A stretch of DNA of 64,000 bases from Monocercomonoides exilis PA203 (Eukaryota; Protista; Preaxostyla): positions 1,240,001 to 1,304,000 of the forward strand of contig LSRY02000015.1 of the NCBI GenBank assembly GCA_001643675.2, given 5' to 3'. The position numbers were made by a program, and so were the translations under genes. Shown here piece after piece: positions 33,680-47,000 of the stretch. Position 1 is the first letter of the stretch. Each line of letters begins with the position of its first letter. Below the pieces are notes generated by a model. It saw only the letters and a program-made list of their open reading frames with translations, made no database searches and was not told the origin of the DNA.

Positions 33680-35263
33680 ATGAGCCAATCATTTAGAGAA
33701 AAGTTACATTTGTTTAAAGATCGCTTAACAAAATCTTTAACACTGTATCTGTTAACAGGAGTTGTTCATATGATTTCTCTTTTCGTTTCTGCAATTCTTC
33801 TTCTGGTATATGCAAATCAAGAATGCACAACTCAATATGAAAGTTTAGAAGATTGTAAAAATGATCACCTCAAGTACCAAGCATATACTCCTATTTTGAT
33901 TGGTGCTTCAATTTTCTTTGAGTGCTATAATGTTGCCGGCGTATGGAATGGTTTGCTCTTTTCAAAATACATCTTTTTCAGTTATTGTTTCTTTTTCGAA
34001 GGCAACATGATTCAAATGATGGCATTCATTGCTGGAGCTACTTTTATATTGTTTTTTTCTATTTTCCGTGTATTTTTTTCGACTGTAATTGTATTTGCAG
34101 GTTGAGATTTTTCTGTTTATTGACTATTTAACTGAAAAAAATTAAAGATTCATATGTTTTATTCGGTATAAGTGCGGTTGCACTGATTATATATATATTA
34201 AGTGCTATATTTTCACGTAATGATTTTGGCTGGGCGCATTACCTTCAAGCTACAACCGTGAGTCAGTTGAGTTTGTGAAGTTTAATTTTTTAACAAAAAT
34301 AAAAATCGTTACAATTAATCTTTTATCAAATCCAATTTGTGCGGAATATATTTATGTGTTTCAATTTTTCTTTAATTTTTAATTCTCCAACAGAACTCTT
34401 GAAAATAAGACATCTTCTTGTGCCACTTTGCCACTACGGATGCTTTATTTCAATTTGTGCCTTAGTTTTTCTTCTTTTCTTTCGAATTCAAAAAGATTTC
34501 GTGTTTGCAATTATGATAGTATGGAATATTTTGGTTTCATTTTTTGGAAGATTTTCTTTTTTGGATAATGTTTTTTAACATTTTTTCAAAAATATTCTCT
34601 TTTAAAAATGATTTTTATTTAAAAAAAAAAATAACTTATCTCTTATTTAAATGAACCTTTTGATTTTTACACGAATAGGTTGTAATTGTTCTTCTTGTAA
34701 TTTATGCAGTCGTTATGATGATACTAGTATGCAATATATTTTAATTCATACATAACTTTTTTATGAATTTACATTCTTAACACTTTTTAATACAGGTTAG
34801 TAAGCAATATTCAGTTGCTGTGCTATTCTTTGGGTGCTTATCTGTACTTCCTGCTGGATATTCACTTGCTTCCTCAATTGTTGCTTCAACCAACAATGGC
34901 CGTGGATATAAAGTTCTTCCCATACCCCTTCTTTTGTTTCTCGGTGTGATTTTGAGATTTCAATGTTTCATTTTTCACTTTCCAATATTTATTCTGCTGT
35001 TTTTCTTTCTTTCTTTCTTTTTTTTCACTTGAAACATAAAAATTTTGGATTTTTAACCCGATTCAATTAATTTTTAATTTCTATTTGATTTTATTTTCAT
35101 TTACGATTTTCCTGTATCATTTATGCCACTAGGAAGCGTTGCTTGCGTTCTTTTAATTGCAGTTAGTGTTGTAAGCATCATTTATTTCTATCAATATAGA
35201 AAGTTATTTTCTCCCAAAGAAGAGAAAGCTGAGAACAAGTATTTGATTCAAGAAGATAAATAA
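33680..35263 (+). CDS. Multipass membrane protein (about 6 exons), weakly UPF0658-like
   Basis: Successive hydrophobic exons bounded by GT-AG introns, ending ...KYLIQEDK-TAA. Motifs EGNMIQMMAF and NDFGWAHY recall the NxIQ and EFGWxxY motifs of UPF0658 proteins; the family call is tentative. Confidence 0.6.
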
Positions 35264-35863
35264 ACAGAAAGGGTCATAGAAAATATATTTGTTTAATTGT
35301 TTGAAAGAGATTTATTAGCACTTTATGTAGAATTCTTCCTTCATTAACATTTGTTTGATGGATTTTTCGGAGTATTTTTTTAACTTATTTGTAATTCTAT
35401 AAATCTACTCATGTAAAATAAATCCTTTTTCTAAATCTGTTCAATGATTTTTCCAAATATTTATTCTTTCCGAAGAAAATTTTTGTTTTGAGAGATTAAG
35501 TATATTATCTAATAATGAAATTTTGATGAAAGCTTGTGTTTTGTTTTGTCTCATTTTTTTTCCTAAAATAAAAATAAAAGGGGATTATCTGAATCAATGA
35601 ATAATGTGCACACAACAAAGGTTATATATATATACATTGGATTCTATTTAGATGAAAAACAACATCCTTTGATAACCATAATATGAAACTGATAAATTTA
35701 TTTTTTGTTTAATCAGATTCAGCAACATTTGTTTTTGCATCAAACATTGCAAAAAACTAAAACACTGAAAGCTATACATCTTGACCTCTTGATGCTATCT
35801 TCATGGTCTTTCAAACGAAAAACAAAAATTTTTCAATTATTAGCATTTCTTCGACCTACAAAT

Positions 35864-38800
35864 ATGACTGGAAAAAAATTTCTTCAACAATTATTTCATT
35901 TTACATCTTCATGTAGGATCATTACTTGTATTGCAATAATTTTACTTGTAACCTGCGATAATAATACAATTTACATAAATCAAAAAAATGGATCCGACAC
36001 CAATGATTGCGGAGAAAATGTTGAAAATTCCTGCAAAACACTGCACAAGGGTATTTTGATGTCCTCAAAAATGATTCAAAAAGATACAATCAATATTTTT
36101 TTGAAAGATTATTCTTCAAGAGAAAATGGAACTGAATTAACGATAAGCAATTTAAATCTTAGCATTTATAGTTTAGATAAATTGAGTTGTTTAATTGACA
36201 TTGATCTTAATGATGAGTCATCAACATTATTTTCAATTGACGATGAATCATTTTTAAAATTGAATGAAATATCTATTCAACATAGCAATGAAAGAAATGC
36301 TCAAAAAGACAAGAAGATACTGCACCTAAAATCAAATTTCAAGCATTTTGTTGAAGTTAGTGAAGTAAGTATTATTTGCAATGAAAATTCGCAAAATTCG
36401 AAATATACTTGTTCTTGGTTTGTTGTTGAATCAGGCGAATTAATTCTAAAATTCATATCTTTACCGGAAAATGTGCACACTAACGGAGGATCATTTGTTT
36501 ATCTCGGACGCTTTGCATCTTCTCTGAACATCATCAACACAACATTCAGCTTTTTCTCAAGCGAGGACGATTCTTTCTCATCGATTGTATCTCATCAACT
36601 ATTCGAAGCTTGCTCGCGCGACAACAGAATAAACACCAAAAGATTTGGTACTTCATGCGAATTGCAAGTGAATTTTCTGAATGTGACAATGGACAACTGC
36701 ACGTCCTCTTCGGATTGCGGAGGAGCTATGTCTCTCTTGATGGGTGAATTAACATCACTGACTCTGGAAGCCAGCAACTTTCACTCCTGCGGATTTGACT
36801 TCAACAAGTCAAGTGAACATCCGTTCAGAGGTGGAGTGTTCTATCTATGCATTGACGAGGCTGCCACGTCCACTGAGCTCAAAATCACCGACTGTCTGTT
36901 TGAATTCAACATGGCCTCAGATGGCACCTGCTTCTTCGTGCTGTACCCGCCCAGCTTCGCATTCCGCCTGCCTGTGCTTTATCTGTCGCAGCTGTCATGC
37001 TGCCCGTTCGACTCCTCATTTGCTTTCGAGGGCTGCCCCACGACTAACACCAGCCACGTGGTTGATCTGACCCCGATGATTGTGGAAGAGCTGGAGAATG
37101 TCTTTGTTGGAGGAGAAGAAGCAAGCGACTGGTTTGGCTGCGGGACAAGCGAGAAAGCGCGCTGCAAGACGTTCACAAGCGCGCAGAAGAGGCTGCGCGG
37201 GCTGACAGACGCCGAAAGCAGGAAACGGACGTTTGGATGTGCCAATCTGCTCATTAGTAAGCCGTTTGTGGCGCATGGACACAGCAAAGTGGAGAAGAAG
37301 ACAGGAAGAGGAGGAGGAGAAGAAGAAGAAGAGGTGGTTTTTGAGGTGGATGGGGCAGCGGAAGAGATGATAGGGAAGAGTGCGCTGTCGACAGACGAGG
37401 AAGTTGAGTTTTTCAACATCACGTTTTCTGACTGGACAAACACAAATGCGAATCTGGCAGACTCACTTTTTGGGTGTGACGAGCTGTTTGGAGTGATCAA
37501 ATTGAAGCACTGTGAGTTCAAGCACATGGAGCGTTCAGTATTTGCTTCTCTGTTTGATGCGAAATCCAATGAAGAGCATACACTGCCAATTGCAATTATT
37601 TATCGGGGATCTTTTATTGTCAGCTCTTCAAAACTTTTTGGCTGGTCATCATCATCATCATCATCATTTTCTTCTTCTCATTCTCCAAGTCTAATTCAGC
37701 TTGATGCTGGAAGCTCATTTTTCTTGTACAATTCTTCATTTAGTTCATCTAATACATTTTCCACATCATTCATTTCAACTGTTGAAAGACCCTCTCTTAC
37801 AGACACAGCTAATCTTCAACCTCATCCAATGAGTTCTGATTCACAATCACCAATTCCATCTTCCTCACATTCTTCTTCTAGTTCTTCTTTCTCTTCTCTT
37901 TCTTCTTCTACCAATTCTTTTTCTTCTTCTTCCTCTTCAAAAAAGCGAAATCTCTTACCATCCAAGCGCATTCCATGGATATCTCCTCATCCTTCTATTG
38001 CTCGTGTATTTATTTATTCATGCAACATCTCTATTTCCACAGACGACGAAGCATCTTCTCTAGTCAATCCTCTCTTTAATTCTGAGTCTTTTTCATTGTC
38101 GTCGCCTTCAACATCTTCTTCTTTTTCTTCATCTTCTTCTTCTCCACCCCACAATTCATTCTCATTTCACGTCCCTCTTTCATTCGATGCCAGCGACACA
38201 TGCTTCACCAACTGTGTGTCACAGGCTTGCCGCGGAGGCATTGTCTTTCTGCCTTTAAATGCCGACAACCAGCTTCTGCTGAACTTACTCACTTTCAATT
38301 GGATCAACCCTTCTTCTGCTCATTTGCATTCAGCCAATAAATTTTCTTCACTGGGAAATGATTCTGCGTGTTCTGACTCTTCTGCTTCGAAGAGAAAGTG
38401 TCAAACATCTTTCACTGCTTCCAATACATTGCAGCAGCAACAGCAGCAGCAGCAGCTTGGAAAAGCCATCTATCTGTTTGTTGGGGTTGATAAACCAGAA
38501 ATACAGATCACTCTGTTCCGTACAACCAAATATCAGGAATTCCCACACACCATCTTTGTCCATCTAGCCACCCCAGATGCACAGCTGACCAATTCGATGT
38601 TCCGATTGAACAAAGACATTCAATCACTTCCTCCCTTTTTCATCTCGAAGTGCTCAGATCCGCAGGACTCGCCTGATTTGATAGAGGACATGGTCATTTT
38701 GCTCGGAAAACAGCAGCTTCAGAACGAGGTGTTTGCGTCGAGTCTGCAGAGCGACTCAGACAGCTGCGGAGATTCAGAGAGCAGCGCCTGCGGCAGCATC

Positions 38801-40777
38801 CGCACGGCGGTGGGGAAGCTGGCGCTGGAAAACGGGCAGCTGGTTGTGGTGAAGGAGGTGGATGTGTTCGAAGCCATAGACTTGTCCAACCTCTTTGTGA
38901 AGAGTTCAGAGAATGTGACAGCAAAGATGGTGTTCCATCCACCTCTTGTGTCGTCTCAGGAGATGCTGGTGGCGAACAGAGACGAGCTGACGCTTCTGTA
39001 CCTCGCCCTGCGTGTCAGTGCTTCTGAACAGGATGAGCCAAAAGTGCTGATCCACTCAGCAGGAAACTCGTTGTTGGTGAACTATTCTGACCTGTCCTCA
39101 GACTACCAGCGCTGCAACATGATCTTCTTTGAGGTGGTGTCTGGCTCTCTGACAGTTGTGGCGTCTTCCACATTCAACATGGACTGCATAGGGCCTGTCT
39201 TCTACTTCCAAACAGAAGGCGCCATTGATTTGTCCTCCGTTGAACTCAGACACAACATCCTGCGCAACGCTGCTGCAATCCATTTCGAATCGCCTCTGTT
39301 TTCTGTGTCGCCGCCGCGGAAGACGAAAGATGCCCTCAGTTTTACTCGGCTGGGCTGCCTCAACACGACGCGGGTGCAGTCAGACGCGTCCATTTTGGAG
39401 GCGAAGGAGCTTTCGGAAGACGAAGGGATCGGGTTCACAGACTGTGTCTTCTCAAACTGCACGACAGAAGACGATTCGTCGTCGATTCTGCATTTTGTGG
39501 ATGTGGCCAGACTCGGATTCAGATGCTGCAACTTCAGCGGGTGGCATCCGATCCCTGCGGAAACTCAACGGTCGCTTGGTTCTTCACATACATTTTCACA
39601 TTCATCTTCACTTTCTTCTTCTTCTTCTTCTTCTTCTTCTTCTTCTTCTTCTTTGCAACCGGATTCTTCTCCTTCCACTTCAATATTCAATCAACCAACA
39701 CAATCCTCACCCTCTCTCTCCATCACATGTGACTGGCAGAGCGCGCTCATCCACCTCATCCGTTGCAGCACATTCGTCAACGACTGCAACTTCAAAGGCA
39801 CTGTCCGCACTGCCCTCTCTGCGTCTGGCGGAGTACTCACTGTCTACAACACCAGCTTCTACCACAACGGCTTCGTCGACAGCCGCTTCCCTTCCTTTGA
39901 GCAGAACGTCGTGTGCCGCAGCGGGGCAGAGGTGAACCTCAAAGACATCTACACGCCCTGCCGAGACAGGAGCGAGGAAGGGAAAGAGTGCCCGCTGTGG
40001 ATCCTCAACAGAGGCTGTGTGTTTCAAGGGCTGGAAAAATATTCTACTCTTTTTTTCACTCCGACTGTGGCGTCTGTGGAGAAGCAAGTGGAAGACTCTT
40101 CTGTGAAGCTGCTGATAAAGGGAAGCTATCTGTTTCCTTGTCTCCGCGGGTGCTGCATTGCATCGCAGGACAGCAGCGGAGCCACCATGCTCCACAAAGA
40201 CATCCCATGTTTTGTTACAAGCCAGCAAAGCGAATGTGAAATGGAGGCAGAGACGACTAAAGTAGCATTACAGTTGGAAGCCGATAGAGCAACAAAAGTT
40301 GGTCTTGTTGTGTTTTATGAAGGGCGAAGCTCTTTGCTCAGCACCCCGTTTGTTGCTGTTACAGACGCGCTGCCACGCAAAAGAGATTTTACAGTCATAA
40401 TCATCGTGACTGTATTGGTTTCTGTGCTGATTATTGCCATTGGAACGGGGTTGACAATTTTCGTGATACACAAAAGGAAAAAAAGAAAAGATCAGCTTTC
40501 TTGCTCAAAGACAGAGGCAGAGCAGCCAACAAGCACAGAAAGCGACGTGGTCCGCTCAATGCTGGTGAATGAGAGCAACACAAGCACTTTTCTGCTTTCC
40601 CAATCAAGCAACGGCGGGTCTGCTGAATCAAGCAATGCGTTTCAATCAAGACTGTTGGATATAAGCAGATTTGAAATTGAGATAGATGATACAGAAATAA
40701 GAGATGCAATCAAAAAATTAAGAAAAGAGCGATTTCAAATTCCTGTTGATTATCAGCCTCCATTTCTCGAAAATTAA
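35864..40777 (+). CDS. Intronless type-I membrane protein with beta-helix/Pmp-like ectodomain and short cytoplasmic tail
   Basis: Long open frame with a hydrophobic N-terminal segment after the ATG at 35864 (start uncertain). Three DxxxCGxxxxxxC module starts, GGAM/GGVF motifs, and a TM helix (VIIIVTVLVSVLIIAIGTGLTIFVI) followed by HKRKKRK. Confidence 0.85.
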   Translation: MTGKKFLQQLFHFTSSCRIITCIAIILLVTCDNNTIYINQKNGSDTNDCGENVENSCKTLHKGILMSSKMIQKDTINIFLKDYSSRENGTELTISNLNLSIYSLDKLSCLIDIDLNDESSTLFSIDDESFLKLNEISIQHSNERNAQKDKKILHLKSNFKHFVEVSEVSIICNENSQNSKYTCSWFVVESGELILKFISLPENVHTNGGSFVYLGRFASSLNIINTTFSFFSSEDDSFSSIVSHQLFEACSRDNRINTKRFGTSCELQVNFLNVTMDNCTSSSDCGGAMSLLMGELTSLTLEASNFHSCGFDFNKSSEHPFRGGVFYLCIDEAATSTELKITDCLFEFNMASDGTCFFVLYPPSFAFRLPVLYLSQLSCCPFDSSFAFEGCPTTNTSHVVDLTPMIVEELENVFVGGEEASDWFGCGTSEKARCKTFTSAQKRLRGLTDAESRKRTFGCANLLISKPFVAHGHSKVEKKTGRGGGEEEEEVVFEVDGAAEEMIGKSALSTDEEVEFFNITFSDWTNTNANLADSLFGCDELFGVIKLKHCEFKHMERSVFASLFDAKSNEEHTLPIAIIYRGSFIVSSSKLFGWSSSSSSSFSSSHSPSLIQLDAGSSFFLYNSSFSSSNTFSTSFISTVERPSLTDTANLQPHPMSSDSQSPIPSSSHSSSSSSFSSLSSSTNSFSSSSSSKKRNLLPSKRIPWISPHPSIARVFIYSCNISISTDDEASSLVNPLFNSESFSLSSPSTSSSFSSSSSSPPHNSFSFHVPLSFDASDTCFTNCVSQACRGGIVFLPLNADNQLLLNLLTFNWINPSSAHLHSANKFSSLGNDSACSDSSASKRKCQTSFTASNTLQQQQQQQQLGKAIYLFVGVDKPEIQITLFRTTKYQEFPHTIFVHLATPDAQLTNSMFRLNKDIQSLPPFFISKCSDPQDSPDLIEDMVILLGKQQLQNEVFASSLQSDSDSCGDSESSACGSIRTAVGKLALENGQLVVVKEVDVFEAIDLSNLFVKSSENVTAKMVFHPPLVSSQEMLVANRDELTLLYLALRVSASEQDEPKVLIHSAGNSLLVNYSDLSSDYQRCNMIFFEVVSGSLTVVASSTFNMDCIGPVFYFQTEGAIDLSSVELRHNILRNAAAIHFESPLFSVSPPRKTKDALSFTRLGCLNTTRVQSDASILEAKELSEDEGIGFTDCVFSNCTTEDDSSSILHFVDVARLGFRCCNFSGWHPIPAETQRSLGSSHTFSHSSSLSSSSSSSSSSSSSLQPDSSPSTSIFNQPTQSSPSLSITCDWQSALIHLIRCSTFVNDCNFKGTVRTALSASGGVLTVYNTSFYHNGFVDSRFPSFEQNVVCRSGAEVNLKDIYTPCRDRSEEGKECPLWILNRGCVFQGLEKYSTLFFTPTVASVEKQVEDSSVKLLIKGSYLFPCLRGCCIASQDSSGATMLHKDIPCFVTSQQSECEMEAETTKVALQLEADRATKVGLVVFYEGRSSLLSTPFVAVTDALPRKRDFTVIIIVTVLVSVLIIAIGTGLTIFVIHKRKKRKDQLSCSKTEAEQPTSTESDVVRSMLVNESNTSTFLLSQSSNGGSAESSNAFQSRLLDISRFEIEIDDTEIRDAIKKLRKERFQIPVDYQPPFLEN

Positions 40778-41067
40778 TATTGAAACACAAATTGAAGTTA
40801 ATTATATTTATGTATTTCAAAATTACTGTTAAATGCATTATTTTTTGTTTGTTTCATGATTTATCTTTTAATTGCGTTATGCTCATTTTTTTATTTTGGA
40901 ATTATTATGTATTAAAAGTTCTTTATTCAGTATTTTCGACAGTACTAAAGTTGGATTGAATAACTTGATCATATTTGATCATACCCTTATTAGTCGTTTC
41001 CTTCAATAAATAAAAATAATAACGTTTACTCGTTATTCACAAAGCGAATAACTTTGAAAGAAATCTT

Positions 41068-44000
41068 ATGTTAATTCATAAGATTTTTTTCTTTCTTTGT
41101 GCTGTCTTATATGGCTTGGAAAATGAACCAGATAGAAATTTTTCATCTTCATCAATTTCTTCTGTTCATGATAATGAGCAGGCATATCAAGATTCCAGCA
41201 AAAATCCGAGCTGTATTCATGACAATTATATTGCAAATAGCATGAACTTCAATGCTAAAGCTACAAATATTCACTTTTCTTCACAAAAGCAGTTTTTGTT
41301 TCTATTGAGGAATACTTCCGCCATGGCAATTTCACTTTTATTTTATCAGGCGCCAAATTCATCTTGCTTTTTAGTGGCAGAAGATTCGAACTTTGAGTTT
41401 CGTTCATCTTCTTTTATGTCTGTAAATTGTTTTCAATCACCATTTCATATTTCTTCAAGCTACCTTCACTTATCAAATATATCATTTCCGTTTATCTGCA
41501 CATCTCTATGTGTCAAACCTTCTAATCCAAAGAGAAAAGATTTTTACAACTCATTGATCTTGGAAAGCTCATCCTTTTTTTCCAACCAGCTTTTGGGCCC
41601 TTTGATAGAATCCACACATTTTGCAAAATTGCAAATTGAACACACTTCATTTATTAATTTAACATGCAAGAGTTCTTCAAATTTTTTATGTCGCGAAGAT
41701 TCTTTTCATCATGAAAAAGAAACTTCCTTTTCAACAATATTATTTTCATCTTCTTCTGTTGAACGTATATTTGCTCCGTTATCACATACGCTTGTTCATA
41801 TCGAAAATAGCATGCACAAAAGTTTTATAACCAACTGCAGTTTTACATCATGCGCAACTGTGTATTCTAATCATCAAAATATTACTTCCAGTTCTTCTTT
41901 TTCATATGATTCATTCGAAAAATGTGAAAGCACAAAAGGAGGTGCAATTTTCGTCAAAGGAACTAACGAAAGTGAAGTAATTACGCTGAAGGTGGATCAT
42001 TGCACGTTCCAAAAATGCAACGCACAAAGAAGATATGATGCATCTGGAGAGGGAGGCTCTGTGTACTTGTGCGGAGCAGTAACCGCGGAATTTACCAACA
42101 GTGACTTTAATCGTAGCACAGCCTCAGAAATTGGCGGTGCAATATTTTCTATTCCTCTTGCAACAGAAGTTGAACACGCGTCAAAAACAGAAGCACATTC
42201 ATCATCATCTTCTGAGGCTTCGACTTCCTCATCCTCTTCAAAATATTTTTCAATCACAACCCAGTCGAGACCGTATTCGAGCAAAAGTTTATTTAAGTCA
42301 AGTCTATCTACAGCTTCATCCATTCATCCTGTGCTCAGCATTGATTCGTGCCTTTTTCGGGATTGCGGATCATATATTGGCGGCGGTCTGTATGTCTGCT
42401 CTTCTTTGCAACCGCAAATCACAATTTCAACGTTCAGCGATGCGCTGAGTGTCTTCAAATCAAAATTTTTGAATTGTCATTCTGATATTACTAATTTGAC
42501 TAAGTCTCGTATTGGTGGTGGAGGCATCTATTTCAGCGGATCGTCTTATTTTCAGATGAGCGAGACGAATTTTGGAGAATGCAGAGCCTCGAAAAGAGGA
42601 GGCGGGATTGCGATGATGCTTTTAGTGGAAGAATCTGCGTCTCGGAAGCTTTTATCATCGACTTCTGCATTTTCCTCGGTCCTTTCGGAAGATGCGGAGT
42701 TTACCTTCAAGGAGTCGTTTCCTTTCACTTATTTGATATTTGACAAAAGTTCTGCAGAAGATGGAGCAGATGCCATTTTTGATTTCGCGTCCTGCTCTCC
42801 AGAAGTGTCAGAGGCACTTTCACAGACAAGTCCATTCGACAAAGCAACTTGCTTCTCGCGCTTAGAAGATTCACGCATTTCTGTTCTGATTAATCCTTCT
42901 ATTCCTTCAACACTCTCAGAAAGCGAAAAAGATACCAGTCAAAATCCTCCTCATTGCTGCAAAGATAACCAGGAAGCTAAATACAACTCGTTTTCTGAGC
43001 CGATTGAGGAATTTGGAGATTCAGAGTATGAAATCATACAAAAAGATGAATGGGTGCCTCTGCCAACACTGCTTTATGTTGATTTCAGCAACGAGTCGAG
43101 CAAAACGCCCTTTTGCGGGCATGCAAAGGCGAAATGTCAAACAATATGCGATGCAGCTAGGACGGCAGAAATAAAAGAGTGCTCTCGCCCAGTTGAAGTG
43201 ATTCTGGAATCAGCTTCAGTTGACGAGCCAAAGGGAATTGAAGTGTTTTATTATCCCGTCATATTCAGGCCAAGTGATAAGCTCAAAAATGCTGTGCGCG
43301 CAAAGGCAGGCTCAAAGACTACTTATACATCTTCGGCAAAGTCCGATCAGGTGCCAATGAGATGCGCAACTGTCAATTTTGTACCTGCAACTTCTACTCC
43401 GGATTCGTTATTGAATACAAACCATTACTCAGTAACCCTCACGGACATGTGTTTCAACATGAAGCAGAGTGATCAATCGTCAACAGAAAATAATTTTTTA
43501 ATAATCTCGCAATCTGATGATGAAAGTTTCTTTAACATCACTCGGTGCACCCTTATTGCCACGTTTTCCGATCCAAGTTCAGGCATTTTTGAATCACAAT
43601 TGATATCTGTATTGGCTACAGAGATAATCATCAATGATTTTGCAGTTTACAACATTAATTCATCTACCCAATTTGCCGCATTTGTTTCACAAGGTTCGAT
43701 GACTGCCACATCGATAAAAATTTGCCAATCAAACTTGACTTCGACAAATGTATTTTTTTCGTTCACATCATTCAAATCGTTAACACTAAAGAATTTTACA
43801 GGAAGCGATTTAAAAGGGACCTTGTTGCGGCTGGTTGGAATTAAGAATGTGACAGCGTCAATCGCAGATATTAGAGTCTCGCGCGCAGGATCGATAACAT
43901 TGATGGAAGCCATGGGATTTAGCGAGTTTACGATGACCGATGTTCGTGTTGAGGATTGCCGCGCAAATGGTACGTGCATTTGTGTAGTTGAAAACGGAGA

Positions 44001-47000
44001 AAATGTTCAACATGAAGGAAATGGAAACAAAACTCCGACAACATTCAAGATTAATTCTATTTACTTCTGCAACGTAACTTCCATTGGGCTTATGTCAATT
44101 TCTTTTTCAACTGTTTCTGCTGTTATCAATGATGTTACAATCAAATCGTGCAATTCAGGACAGATGAGTTATTTAGCGGCAAACATAAATGAGCTTCAAA
44201 ACTTTCTTGCTATTTCAAATTTGGCGGCAACCACTCTTACGTCCCAATCACAGCTTATTAGTGCCAATTTGGGAAATTCATTTTCGCTTATAAACAGCAC
44301 AATATCTGACTGCAACTATACCTATTATGGAATGTGTTTGCAAGCTACACCGCAAACAGTTATAAACGGTAATGGTACTCTTCTCATTGAATGGGGCGAA
44401 TGGAGCAACATTATAACATCATATAACTTTATTGTCATTAACAATATTGAAGCTAATGTTGTATTCCGCCATCTGACATTGAGAAATATATTTACATATT
44501 ATACTCCATTCTTCAATTTTATGATGCGCAACACGTTAGGCAACGACAAATCCAATATAATTATCGACAACTGTTCATTAGAAGATGTGAGATGCGTCAA
44601 CGCATCTGTTCCTTCGCTTATTTATTCTTTAGGAATGAATTCTATTCGCCTGAACTGTACAAACGCACAATTTTCCAATTGCATTATGAATGAAACATCT
44701 TCAATGCTCATAAAGATAAGCGAAAATCCAGCGTTCTTTAGGAATTGCACATTTGCAACAGGCTCAGTTCCTATTTCATCCAATCAAATTCCAATTCAAC
44801 TGGAGCATGACCAGAATTTAGGGCAAGATTCGCAATCTTTGAATGGACAATGTGGTATGCTGCATTCTGAATCCAATTTACAGAGTTCTGCTTCATTAGA
44901 GGATGACTATCATTGCACTTGGGGCACAGGGATTATGTATCTTATAGAAACAAACGCTCAATTCGAGCAATGCACTTTCAAGGGATTTTGCCAAGGAGCG
45001 ATTTATGCAACAAAATCTAATGTTACAGTTAATTCATGCCTTTTTGAGAAGAACTCGGCAGGCTTACAGAAATTTCCATCAATGAGCCGAAACGTTATGT
45101 GTACAGATTCTGGAACATTGAGCATGAGCGACAAAGATATTCCAAGCTATTCAACAAAACGCCTTATAAATACTGAACAAGAATTATTTTCTGAGAGAAA
45201 GAAACAGCATTTTGTGGGATTTGACGAATACAATGATGATGCTGTTATAAACGAAGCAAACGATGTTACTTATAATTTCTTAACTTCACATCGTGATCGG
45301 CTGTGGATTAGTGCAACAAACTGCAACTTAACAGGAACGATACAATCTTTTGATTACCTTCTTTTTAAACCTGCTTTGACTGAAGTGCAAAGAAGTGATG
45401 ATTCCTCAACAGGACTATCAACACTGATTTGCAAAGGAACGATGCTAATGCCGTGTGGGCTCAGATTCTGCCTGAAGAGTTTCGAATTGGACACCAATAT
45501 AACAAAGCCAATCTCTATTTTCTCATTCACTCAAATAACAAACGAAACATGCGCAATGATGATTTTACAAACCTCAACATTTACAGGAGCCAAGCCAACA
45601 ACAACTATTTCTGCTGGAGTAGCAGTTATGTCAGATACAGGGATGCAGCAGAGCAACTGGATAGAAGTGCAGAAAGGAGTGCTTCCAAAGCCAGTTGAAC
45701 CAGATGAGCCAGATAAACCCCAAAACGGTAGCACAAAAGACAAAAACGAAAAGATGTCAATAATACCTTTTCTGACACAAACTCAGTTCATAGCTGTTGT
45801 GATTTCCGTTTCGTGTGTGCTGGCTGTCATTGTTGTTTTGATTTCCTGCTTTGCTTTTCGAAAACGGTCAAAGGTAAAAAACGGGATAAATTATCAGAAT
45901 AACAACGGCAAATCGAAGCAGGTAATGGAATTGCAGCATGGATTAGATTCTTCTATCGAGAAAGATGGCACGACAAGCAACAAGAAAGGGAAAAAGGCTC
46001 TTCCGAAGGTCGTGAATCTTTGCAAAATACATCAAACTCCAAAGAAAACATACAGCGAACGTATCAAAGATTGGCTGAATGAGCGCAACAAATATTCAAG
46101 CAAAGGGGAAAAGAACTGGGATAACGAAACAGAAGGAAGTGATCTTTCAATTCCTCTGAACATAAATGATAATGAAATTATTGAGGAAAAATCAAAGTAT
46201 TTAAGTGGTGCATCGAATTTGGTGGAGAATGAGTATACTTTTGTGTCACTGCCTTCATTCAAAGGATTTGATGGAAGTATCCAATCTGGCCCGATGAAAA
46301 GAAAGAGGAGCTCAAAAACAGAGGGAGATCGAGACAGCATTGCAAACAGTCTTTTGGATACGTCATCAGGAAACGAGCTGCAGCTTGGTTCTGTATTTGA
46401 CGATTGTCGCTCGACTGTGGCATTTGCAAAGTCTGCTTGCCAGCAGTTGGACTCTCTGAATTTATTCCCCCAAACGATATCAGCAGCTGGCTCTGCTTTG
46501 AAAGAAGCGAACGTTCAAGAGCAAAAAGAAAAACAACATTCAACACTCTTATCTGCCTCTGATTCTGTAAATGCTGCTAATCAGATGCAGTGCTATTCAC
46601 CACCTCTTGTTCATGTGTTCAAAGATGGTGAAGACGTTGTTCAATCAGAACTTACTACGCCTTTTCCATCTTCTTCTGACACTTCAATTCCTGTTCTTAC
46701 CAATCCTTCAGGAGAATCTCTTTCGAAGAATTCAACTTTACACTCCAAGACTAATCCAAATAAAAAATCATCTTCACGACTCTCTTCATCTTTATCATCA
46801 ACTTTTTCATTTCCTGCCCTTTCCTCATCTGCGTCTTCGTTTATATCGAGTTCTTCTTTTACTCCGGTTTCAACATTTTCCACTCCTTCAAACACTTCAT
46901 CATCTTTTTCAATCAACGCTCATTCACATTGCATATCTTCCTCTTCCTCATGTTCTTCTCATTCACCTATTTCTTCATCAGAGCAGCATTCATTGCAGAG

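Noticed and set aside
35705-35863. N-terminal extension of the 1690-aa ORF from a TTG start (similarly 62347-62388 for the giant gene)
   Set aside because: These are non-ATG starts; downstream ATGs place the signal-like hydrophobic segments near the N-terminus.
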